This document shows positions 33,094-43,408 of a stretch of 43,408 nt of DNA, piece after piece; within the stretch, counting starts at the first letter, position 1; every line of letters begins with the position of its first letter. The translations under genes and the position numbers were made by a program. Source of the stretch: Octopus bimaculoides (Eukaryota); contig NC_068984.1 of NCBI RefSeq assembly GCF_001194135.2, forward strand, positions 63,229,869 through 63,273,276. The letters are read 5' to 3'. The notes beneath the pieces were generated by a model. The model was given only the letters and a program-made list of their open reading frames with translations. It had not been told where the DNA came from and ran no database searches.

Positions 33094-35329
33094 GTAAGAA
33101 AAGGAAAAGCAGCATGGACACATTTTCATGTGCAATCAATAGCAACTAAATGTCTTTAAAATCATTTCCTAAGTTCTTAAATGAAGGAATAATACATTGC
33201 GTAAAGTAGTCCCAGATAATCCTAAAAGAAGTGAGAGATTAGAATTGGAATTTCTTTGATCTTAGTTCTGTTTAATCGGATTTGACCTGCAGAAATCAAC
33301 AGCAACTGCGGCAGTCACGATACCAACAGTACTTTGTCCATAAAATAATAACTGGTACAACTTCAAACTCCGACATGTTATTCTCCTACACAAAATTATA
33401 GAAAACGATGTGGTGAGTGTTATGTGGCCGTTGAGTAAGCCTGATTATTATAATGCTTTCACTCATTCAAACTAAGTTTATTACGCTGTATTCTCCCCTT
33501 TATGTTAGTCGTATACATAAAGTCTAACGCTGAACTTAGAGGAAACATAATCCATAGTGCATACAGTTCTGTACCTTACTTTCTGTGCATCAAAACAGAT
33601 TCAGCTAGATTTTGACATATTTACTACGGTATAACGTCAACAATATTTTACCGGAGTACAATGCCTGTTAGGTTAATATCAACCTAAACTTTGTTATAAG
33701 TACAAAACTGTATTATTGTCACGTTATTCCCTTAGTATGCTGCTTAACAATACTTGAAAAGGAGAGAACATAAATGAAAAACATCGTCCATTCGTATTTC
33801 ATATTTGAATATTTATCAGTACAAAATCCAATAAGTAAACGTAAGAAACTGGATGTAAATCACGAAAACAATATAAGTTTTTAATGGCATATTCAGAAGA
33901 GGAAGTTTATTAACCAAGACGCTTTTCAGGAATTCCGAATCGGATGAGAGTAAGTGTTAACAGCAATCTGCAAACATAACTAGAAAATTTGCAACGAGAT
34001 ATTAACCGTTTCAGTCACACAAATAACAGATCTATGTATGTCTATACATATGTATGTACATGTATATGTATATATATATATATATNNNNNNNNNNNNNNN
34101 NNNNNNNNNNNNNNNNNNNNNNNNNNNNNNNNNNNNNNNNNNNNNNNNNNNNNNNNNNNNNNNNNNNNNNNNNNNNNNNNNNNNNNNNNNNNNNNNNNNN
34201 NNNNNNNNNNNNNNNNNNNNNNNNNNNNNNNNNNNNNNNNNNNNNNNNNNNNNNNNNNNNNNNNNNNNNNNNNNNNNNNNNNNNNNNNNNNNNNNNNNNN
34301 NNNNNNNNNNNNNNNNNNNNNNNNNNNNNNNNNNNNNNNNNNNNNNNNNNNNNNNNNNNNNNNNNNNNNNNNNNNNNNNNNNNNNNNNNNNNNNNNNNNN
34401 NNNNNNNNNNNNNNNNNNNNNNNNNNNNNNNNNNNNNNNNNNNNNNNNNNNNNNNNNNNNNNNNNNNNNNNNNNNNNNNNNNNNNNNNNNNNNNNNNNNN
34501 NNNNNNNNNNNNNNNNNNNNNNNNNNNNNNNNNNNNNNNNNNNNNNNNNNNNNNNNNNNNNNNNNNNNNNNNNNNNNNNNNNNNNNNNNNNNNNNNNNNN
34601 NNNNNNNNNNNNNNNNNNNNNNNNNNNNNNNNNNNNNNNNNNNNNNNNNNNNNNNNNNNNNNNNNNNNNNNNNNNNNNNNNNNNNNNNNNNNNNNNNNNN
34701 NNNNNNNNNNNNNNNNNNNNNNNNNNNNNNNNNNNNNNNNNNNNNNNNNNNNNNNNNNNNNNNNNNNNNNNNNNNNNNNNNNNNNNNNNNNNNNNNNNNN
34801 NNNNNNNNNNNNNNNNNNNNNNNNNNNNNNNNNNNNNNNNNNNNNNNNNNNNNNNNNNNNNNNNNNNNNNNNNNNNNNNNNNNNNNNNNNNNNNNNNNNN
34901 NNNNNNNNNNNNNNNNNNNNNNNNATATATATATGGATGGATAGATGGATTTCTATATGTATATGCTTGACTGAATGTGTGTATATGCATATACATATAA
35001 CGGGCTTCCACATAATGTCCCTCAACTGCATTCTATTTATAACCTAATGGTCAAGTTCAGACTGCAATAGATGAAACTTATTCTGAATGTCTCATTCTGG
35101 GATTTCAAATCTAGAAACGCCTATAGTTCCAAAGTGAACATTCCTTAGTCTCAGAAAAAACCTCTACTCTCATTTCATTATTAGTTTACACAGCCAATAA
35201 TTTCTCCATGTCTTTCTAAAACGTAAAAGATAATCTATTGAAATCTCGTAAAAGAATACGCTATTATTATGTTGCTGCTTTTGTTGTTACTGTTTATGTT
35301 GTCATTACTTTTGTTTGATTCTAAATTAA

Positions 35330-35515
35330 CCAGGTCTATAATTTATGACACTCCAATTAAGACTACTCCATCTGTTTTATTTAAGATATAGTGTATCTAG
35401 GACCATATTGTCCAATAACATCTCCTTTTATAAAGTGGAAGGGTGTGATTTAGAAAGATTTTACTAATATTTCTAGTAAGTAGAACGATTGCATAGAGAC
35501 TCTCTCGTTGACGCG
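35330..35515 (+). mobile_element. Interspersed repeat family C
   Basis: GGGTGTGATTTAGAAAGATTTTACTAATATTTCTAG...CATAGAGACTC motif. Confidence 0.55.
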
Positions 35516-36279
35516 ATTGCCTTCTCATATATAGCCATGTATAAGGTTGATAAAAATAAATATCCGAAATGGTCTTGCCGATTAAACTGATATTACCCTT
35601 TCCTCTGTAAACTTACACAAATTCTTTAGTCAAATAAAAATCAACAATTCAATTATGGAGCATACACCGGAGGTGGAAGAAACAACTAAACATTTGATAT
35701 AACATTCATTTTTTTGTGTCTAATTCTGAATCTGAAACTAGTGGGATTAAATTTATTTTCAGCTGTTTTCGGTCGAAGAAATAAATATTGGTAAAGATAT
35801 ATATTGGTCGATATAATCTATAACTTTCACCTAAAATCTGTCACATTCCTCGTGTAAAGATACAAAAGAAAAAGGTATATATTTTCATTGAATACATATT
35901 TTCTTCTGCCAATGGTAGTAATAGTTGTAGCAGCAACAGCTGTTTTTGTTTTGTTGATGATGTTGGTTAACTCTGAGAGAGCATAACTCTAATCAAAGCT
36001 GTACCAGCAGTAATCATAACTTTTTAATCAATATTTGCTGGAAATACATTGTAAATGTATCTCAGATTTCAGGGTGACATTAGAATGAACTTTGGCTGTT
36101 GCCCACAGTAGACAGCATATGCCCGAAGCTGCATCTTCAGTTCTAGGTGTATGAGCTTTGTTGTTGTTTAGCCGCCATCCTACATGGTTGGTAATCAAAT
36201 CGTGGTCATCTCGTCTTCGCTAAGTCTGTAAATTTAGGGGATCAATTAATTACAATCTATTCTTCCTCTTTGCAATCGA

Positions 36280-36350
36280 TACTGAATGATTTGAAGGATA
36301 TTTGCTTGATATTTCTAGCTAATTCCTTGATCGTTTAGACGCTCCCCCAT
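36280..36350 (+). mobile_element. Interspersed repeat family C fragment
   Basis: TGATTTGAAGGATATTTGCTTGATATTTCTAGC motif. Confidence 0.45.
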
Positions 36351-36954
36351 TACTTCGTGTTTTTTCAGATGTGTGTTGTACGGAATATTCGAGAATAATA
36401 TTTAAGCTTATTGACTAATGTCATTTTATTTTGCATGGTATTTGTAACAAAAACTTCCCAATTCCTGCTTCCAGAAATTATTTGATTAGTTTATGAAGAA
36501 GAGGCCCAAAACACAATTGCTGGATCTACTAAAACAGTACTCTAATCTTAAAATCTGATATAGAAGTCTTAAAAAGTTACATATTAGATTAGGTGTCAAT
36601 AAATAAAGGAAAACATGAGGCATCGTTATAGCTGAAACTCTTACGAAAATAGATTTGTTTCATTAGCGTGCTCATGAGGTTATCCAACAATAACAATAAC
36701 AATACAGAAATATTCTCAAAAGTGAACATGAAATAAAATAAAATAATTACGTTTAAATAAATGGGTTACCGTACAGGTATAGCATAACGAATTAGATATT
36801 CGTGGTTGCGAAGTAGACACCTGTAGTATCTCCATAAACTGTGGTATATTAACTACTAGCTAACTAAATAATTATCTCTTATACATTGATACTAATGTGT
36901 TTTGACAACAAATAGTACCTATGTATCACTATATAGACTGAGACATTTAATATA

Positions 36955-37798
36955 CAGGGTGTGGGAATAAACTGTCGTCTAAATTACGCAAAAATGAGAC
37001 ACTGACATCTCATTTTAACATATATATCTCAAAATTACATAAAAATATATTCAAATACTAAAGAGTAAATTTATTCAATAAAATCGCGTTTGACTTCAAA
37101 CATAGCCTCCAGACTACTTCGGAATCTCCTGCAACTTTTCTGGGCGGCCACCTTGTATAAGTTGGTGAATGCTGCCAAAATCCTTGCCTTCAGTTCATCT
37201 TTGGTATTACAAGGAGTTTTGTTGGTTTCTCGCTTAACTGCGCCCCATACATGATAATCAAGAGGGTTGCAGTCTGGAGAGTTAGGTGGCCAGATGTTAG
37301 GGGGTGATGTCGTCGCAGAAATTGTCTGACAGCTATGACTGGGTTCTCCTGCTTGTGTAGTATGGTGCAGAGTCCTGTTGCAAGATATGGGGTCTTCCGG
37401 CAGCCACCCTCTTGACCCAGAGCAGCACTACCTACTCCAGGCACCTGATGTAGGACTCCATGTTGAGTGTGAGGCCAAGTAGGAAGATGAATGGAGGCAT
37501 ATTGTCTTCATCACTAATGATCACTGCAAACACCATGATGTTGACTAGATGTTTCTTTTTTTTATCAGTCTCTGTACATGTACTCAGATTGCACTGTCCT
37601 CAGATTGACACCCAAACACTCTGAATTGTTCGTATTGGAGCTTCCGGTGCGAATGCCAAGCTGTATAGCATGTCGTTTCCAAATTTCTGACAGAATGAAT
37701 TGGGTCATGGTGCTGTTTCTCTCACAGACGGTGCCCAACGAATGCGTGTGCGCGAAATTAAAAATATAAAATGGTGACAATTTACCTCTCGCACCCAT
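36955..37798 (-). mobile_element. DD37D (maT) Tc1/mariner transposon, internally deleted and decayed
   Basis: N-terminus MTQFILSEIWKRHAIQLGIR...GVNLRTVQ is joined to IMVFAVIISDEDNMPPFIF...WVKRVAAGRPHILQQDSAPYYTSRRTQS*LSDNFCDDITPNIWPPNSPDCNPLDYHVWGAV...DFIE*. There are 37 residues between the last two catalytic D. Degenerate TIRs (GGGTG...AAAC/TTGTC) with TA at the left end. Confidence 0.9.
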
Positions 37799-38167
37799 AT
37801 GACAGATTAATGTCTAGAATTATAAAACGCATTTTCTTTGATAACTAGAGTTATGAATATACTTAAAGAAAGATCTATGAATGATCTTGAAGATTTCATC
37901 TTTCTTTAGTTTGATATCATATATTTACAAATGACTAATTATCCATCACTTAGATGTCCAACACGCATAACAAATATGATTATACGGGAAGCTAATTAAC
38001 GAAGAAACAAGGTATCACACAATCGACCAAAATGTTAGTAGTTCGCATCTAATCATCAACATAAAACTGTGTGATTGCCCAAATGTTAACATGTAAATGA
38101 TGCGCACTACATCGCAGTTAATAAGATAACTGGGCAGTATTGTTCAACACTAAAATCTTTACACCTT

Positions 38168-38227
<60 letters not shown>

Positions 38228-39286
38228 NNNNNNNNNNNNNNNNNNNNNNNNNNNNNNNNNNNNNNNNNNNNNNNNNNNNNNNNNNNNNNNNNNNNNNNNN
38301 NNNNNNNNNNNNNNNNNNNNNNNNNNNNNNNNNNNNNNNNNNNNNNNNNNNNNNNNNNNNNNNNNNNNNNNNNNNNNNNNNNNNNNNNNNNNNNNNNNNN
38401 NNNNNNNNNNNNNNNNNNNNNNNNNNNNNNNNNNNNNNNNNNNNNNNNNNNNNNNNNNNNNNNNNNNNNNNNNNNNNNNNNNNNNNNNNNNNNNNNNNNN
38501 NNNNNNNNNNNNNNNNNNNNNNNNNNNNNNNNNNNNNNNNNNNNNNNNNNNNNNNNNNNNNNNNNNNNNNNNNNNNNNNNNNNNNNNNNNNNNNNNNNNN
38601 NNNNNNNNNNNNNNNNNNNNNNNNNNNNNNNNNNNNNNNNNNNNNNNNNNNNNNNNNNNNNNNNNNNNNNNNNNNNNNNNNNNNNNNNNNNNNNNNNNNN
38701 NNNNNNNNNNNNNNNNNNNNNNNNNNNNNNNNNNNNNNNNNNNNNNNNNNNNNNNNNNNNNNNNNNNNNNNNNNNNNNNNNNNNNNNNNNNNNNNNNNNN
38801 NNNNNNNNNNNNNNNNNNNNNNNNNNNNNNNNNNNNNNNNNNNNNNNNNNNNNNNNNNNNNNNNNNNNNNNNNNNNNNNNNNNNNNNNNNNNNNNNNNNN
38901 NNNNNNNNNNNNNNNNNNNNNNNNNNNNNNNNNNNNNNNNNNNNNNNNNNNNNNNNNNNNNNNNNNNNNNNNNNNNNNNNNNNNNNNNNNNNNNNNNNNN
39001 NNNNNNNNNNNNNNNNNNNNNNNNNNNNNNNNNNNNNNNNNNNNNNNNNNNNNNNNNNNNNNNNNNNNNNNNNNNNATATATATATATATATATATAAGG
39101 ATTTACTTTTCGTAATGAGATAAAAAACCAAGGTAATATAATATAGAACATTTATATATAGAAGGTCTTACAGCTGTTTCCAGGATATGTGTTATATCCC
39201 TTCAACGGAGACGATGTGAGAGGATGTTTAAGAAATAGTTAGTTTAGTTAAGATAGGAAATAGAGAGTGAATGTAGGGATATTGTA

Positions 39287-39451
39287 TTTGTAAATCCATT
39301 GTTTAGGCAGAATGGCATACATATACGATTCTAATGCCTTGTGAGTAAAATCCAATTGTCTTTACGATTGGTCATTGCATTTGTAAATCCATTATTAAGA
39401 TTCCAATACCCTATGAGTAAAATCCAACAGTCTTTGAAATTGGTCATTCCA
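39287..39451. repeat. Imperfect tandem duplication (93 + 72 bp) upstream of the Tx1 ORF1
   Basis: Both units begin TTTGTAAATCCATT and end GAGTAAAATCCAA...TCTTT...ATTGGTCATT(G/C)CA. Confidence 0.8.
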
Positions 39452-39549
39452 GATACAGAGTTTACACACACAGTGTTATTGAATCAAAGGTTTTGTGTAT
39501 AAACTCTGTATGATAAAGGCCACTCAAGAAAATGTTGAAAAATATTTAA

Positions 39550-40852
39550 GGCTTATATGGGCCTTTAAAGTCTGCATCACGAGGGGATTCGACAGTGAAG
39601 AAAGAGCCAAGGATCTCTTCACAAAGTCCTTCGAATTTGAAAATATACTGATGATCCCTACATAACTTGGTCGTTGGGTCACACAAATTAAAATAAAGAA
39701 TGTACCACCTGAAATAGAAATAAAATGGCACGTGTCTGCCATTTGCTATGGCATCGAGGACGAAATCCTTATCTTGGAAATCGCTGTCGTGGACCAGCAA
39801 AACTGGATCGGCCAAGAAATCGAAATTCTTGCTCAAATTAATCCGATGAATTACGAAAAAATCCCACATTGAATCGAATTGAGAGAGGATTCGAGTTTAC
39901 ATGTGGCCGTCGAAGGCAGAAAGCCACATGACTACGTTTGTGGTAGCAAAGCACACTTACAAATTACTTGCCCACTAGCACAGAAACAACAACCACAGCA
40001 GCAACAACAACAAGATCACGAAAAACAACAACTACCACAAGAAAACCAAAAACCGAGAAAAAAGCCAGCACTGCTACCCACTCCGCCATATGCACAACTA
40101 ATAAAACAGCTCTACAAACAAATGAAGGAACACCAGCAGCTAACAAGTCAGCCCAACCAAACAACACCACTACCAGCGACACCAAGAACAGAAACAACAC
40201 CATCATCACCACCACCACCAACAACAACAACAACAAGAACTTCAAAGGAGGAAGAGAAAACCAAAAAGACTCCCCCCCCCATAAAACCCATACACTACAC
40301 CACAAGCGTCACCAACCAGCACTAATACCAACAACAAAGTCAGCACACACANNNNNNNNNNNNNNNNNNNNNNNNNNNNNNNNNNNNNNNNNNNNNNNNN
40401 NNNNNNNNNNNNNNNNNNNNNNNNNNNNNNNNNNNNNNNNNNNNNNNNNNNNNNNNNNNNNNNNNNNNNNNNNNNNNNNNNNNNNNNNNNNNNNNNNNNN
40501 NNNNNNNNNNNNNNNNNNNNNNNNNNNNNNNNNNNNNNNNNNNNNNNNNNNNNNNNNNNNNNNNNNNNNNNNNNNNNNNNNNNNNNNNNNNNNNNNNNNN
40601 NNNNNNNNNNNCATAAACACCAACAACCCAGACCTAATGGAATACATTAGGTCAAACACCAACATAACAGAAAATGATGCCAAAACAAAGAATCATCTAC
40701 GCACAACACCAACACAGCACATTAACATCATGCACATAACACAGAACACACACAACACCCTGAAGTCTCTCTACCTGGATGCAGTTGGGAGATTTCAAAA
40801 ATACTTGTCCAAAAACTATTCAAAAACCTTCTGGGAGAAGACTGTGAAGTGA
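39550..40852 (+). pseudogene. Tx1/L1-clade LINE ORF1 (gag-like), decayed and gapped
   Basis: VTQIKIKNVPPEI (RRM-like), then VAVEGRKPHDYVCGSKAHLQITCP (zinc knuckle with the first Cys mutated), then a Q/P/T-rich linker; in-frame stops. Confidence 0.7.
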
Positions 40853-40948
40853 AGAACAAAGAACTTTCAAACAGTAAGTGACTCTTTATCCCACTTTCTT
40901 TCTTTTTCGTCTTGCTTTCATGTGTAAAACACAACTTTCGATAGGAAC

Positions 40949-42866
40949 ATGCTCAAAATAGGCCGTATAAATATACGTGGTTTGGGGTCGCCTTGGAAAC
41001 AAGGCTACCTGTTAAACGACATCAAGTCACAAAATCTGCAGATCATAACCACTAGTGAGAACAAACTCCACAACCCGCGGGCACTCCAGCACATGTTCGG
41101 CGCACATTTCGACATTTATTTTTCTCCGTGTCTGCCGAGAATAGGTGGAGGTGGCACCACGGTGCTTCATCGGAAAAGTCTGGACCTCAAAGTAAGAGCA
41201 ATTTTCCTAGATCCGGAGGGTAGGCTGGTCGTCTTGGATGTAGATGGCAGCAATGGGTGTGCTTTTCGACTAATAACAGTCTTTAGTAGGCCGGCCAGAT
41301 TTCTTTTGACGTCTAGAGGTTTTCCTGTGAACGGCTCGACCTTTACTTTTAGTTGGGGATTGAAATGCTACCCTGGACACGCGTCTAGACAACGTGGGCA
41401 GAGATAGTAACAGGAAGGGAAGCAAATGCCTCAAACACCTTCCCAGACGTTTCCAACTGTGTGACAGGTACCGACTGGACCACCCGAATGGGCCAATGTG
41501 GACATGGAGCAACCGCATCGGGTCGTCCAGATCGTACTTAGAGTATTCTGTAGGACAGTGGATAAGGATAGTGTAGGTTGTCTACAATTCCATATAGTCA
41601 GCTACACTGACCATAAATTTGTGACTTGTACATTTGACTTAGATAAGACATATAGGCAGGGTCCTAGTTACTGGATGCTGAACGCGTCGTTCACGGAACG
41701 CCAGGCTTACAGGGACCAGATTAGCACATTAGTTAAGAGAGCATTGACGGGTGCCATTATCAACAACAGATGGTGGTATGCTCTAAAGAAAGCAATTAAA
41801 GCAGAATCGGTTAGGTACAGTAAGGCCTTAGCATTAGGCCGAAATAGAATAGAGGGGGACCTAGTTAAGGAATTAGAAGAGGCATTTAGAACTGGCATCG
41901 CGTCCAACGTACTGGCAGCGAGGTTGGCTCTCGACCAACATTTAAACGCCAAACACGAAGGATGCGTTGTCAGAGCTAGGATGCGTGGTCTGAGGAATCA
42001 AGGAGTTGGAGCCGCCCGAGAAACCCGAGTGGCGGAGGCGCAACGAGGCAAGAGAGCCACCATTAGGTCACCTACAGATGAACAGGGGCGCGAATTAGTC
42101 GAGTCTGAAAGGATGTATGAGGCCTTTCAAAAACACTTTGTCCGACTGTTTGGGACAACTGGTGGGTCAGAACACAGAGTGGACTTTAGTGCCTACATGC
42201 ATAGCCTGTCAGGACTCTCAGCAAGAGAGGCGGAGTGTTGTGAAAGACCTATCACAGCCGCGGACGTAAGAGATGCGATGGCAGGCTGCGCGAGAGACAA
42301 GTCACCAGGCTTGGATGGTCTGCCCTACAAACTTTATTGTCATATGCCAGACTTGTTTGGAGGCCTCTTGGCAGCTGTCTACTGCAACTGGCAGCAAAAC
42401 GGGAATATCTCCGTCTTTGTAAAGCGAGGAGCAGTGGCAGTGATAAAGAAAGATCCAAACAAGGGGAACGTCATAGATAACTTCAGGCCCATCACTCTGC
42501 TCAAGGCAGATTTGAAAATTTTGGTCAAGGTGTTAGCCGAGAGGTTGGCGCTTGTCATCGACAAACTAGTCGACATGCGCTGTGCCGGGTAAGAGTATCC
42601 ACGACAATCTTCATCTGATGCGCTACATCGTAGACAGGGTAATTAAGGAACCTGGCATGGGTGGGGCGCTGATCAATTTGGATCAATCAAAAGCTTTCGA
42701 TAGGGTAGACCATCACTATTTGGAAGCTGTCCTTAAAGCGGCTGGTTTCGATCCCATCTTCCACCGTCGGATCGCTACCTTATACAGCGGCACCCGCTCG
42801 GTAGTTCGAGTAAATGGTCATCTATCTAGACCAGTTAACAACATGCATTCGGTTCGTCAAGGATGC
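40949..42866 (+). pseudogene. Tx1-clade LINE ORF2 (AP endonuclease plus reverse transcriptase), frameshifted and truncated at the QGC motif
   Basis: MLKIGRINIRGL...; WTWSN; YTDHKFV; GPSYWMLNASF; KSPGLDGLP; FRPITLLKADLKILVKVLAERL; GKSIHDNL; LDQSKAFDRVDH; VRQGC. Confidence 0.93.
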
Positions 42867-43408
42867 TCCCAACTGTGGTCACCGCAGCACGTAAACCTAA
42901 TTGTGGAATTATAGGTGATCCAGCGTCACTACACAAAGAAGATAGACTCGGTAGAACACATGGGCTACTGGGAAAGATTAAATGAACTGGGACTCCACTA
43001 CCTGAAGAGGAGACGTGAGAGAGATGGAAAATAATGGAGAGTCTACCTCCAAATTTCAGAATCGAAAGCTACAACAATCCCCGAACTGGACGGCACTGCA
43101 CAGTACCAAATGTCCCTTCTTCTCTATCGGGATACAAACCCAATATTGTAATAGCTTGGGAATCAAGGAGCCACAACTTTTTAATGCTCTACAACAGACC
43201 AACAGGGTACTGCGAAAGGTGGACATGGAAGTCTTCAAAAAAACGTCTAGACAATTTTTTATCACCAATACCGGCAGGAGGCACATCGCGGCAGGAGGCA
43301 CATCGCGGCAGGAGGCACAAAGAAAACAGCAACGTCCAACTGGCTACTTGATCAGAAGCAATACTGGAAAAATCCACGGATAGTAAAGGCAGTGCACTAG
43401 CATGGCCT
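42864..43408 (+). mobile_element. CR1-clade LINE 3' fragment (5'-truncated), running to the window end
   Basis: CSQLWSPQHVNLIVEL*VIQRHYTKKIDSVEHMGYWERLNELGLHYLKRRRER...WKIMESLPPN...RTGRHCTV...YCNSLGIKEPQLFNAL...FKKRLDNFLSPIP matches CR1 post-RT motifs. Confidence 0.85.

Noticed and set aside
33980-39151. Long (300-350 aa) ORFs in the track
   Set aside because: They consist almost entirely of X from N-gaps flanked by TA/CA repeats
39188-39472. Solo LTR (TGT...ACA ends, internal repeats)
   Set aside because: No target-site duplication and no clear polyadenylation signal
1-43408. CRISPR array, rRNA or prokaryotic operons
   Set aside because: No repeat-spacer array or rRNA-like sequence; all features are eukaryotic

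Overview
AT-rich eukaryotic genomic DNA from a gapped draft assembly, with many microsatellites and N-gaps. The SINE and interspersed-repeat landscape resembles what I recall of Octopus (cephalopod) genomes. I cannot confidently identify any host gene; only a few low-confidence exon candidates exist. The window is mostly mobile-element remains: four R4/Dong-type non-LTR fragments next to (TAA)n tracts, three or four SINE-like families, a mariner foldback element built from two 5' ends, an internally deleted Helitron, a Penelope GIY-YIG fragment, a pogo-like MITE, a DD37D (maT) deletion derivative, and a decayed Tx1-clade LINE joined at the window end to a CR1 3' fragment. The most interesting signal is on the minus strand at 28550-28619: an extended type I hammerhead ribozyme with Schistosoma-like stem I/loop II architecture and a compensatory U3:A8 core pair. 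It lies between ~73-bp direct repeats spaced 321 bp apart, which suggests a retrozyme-like element. All calls are by eye; no searches were run.
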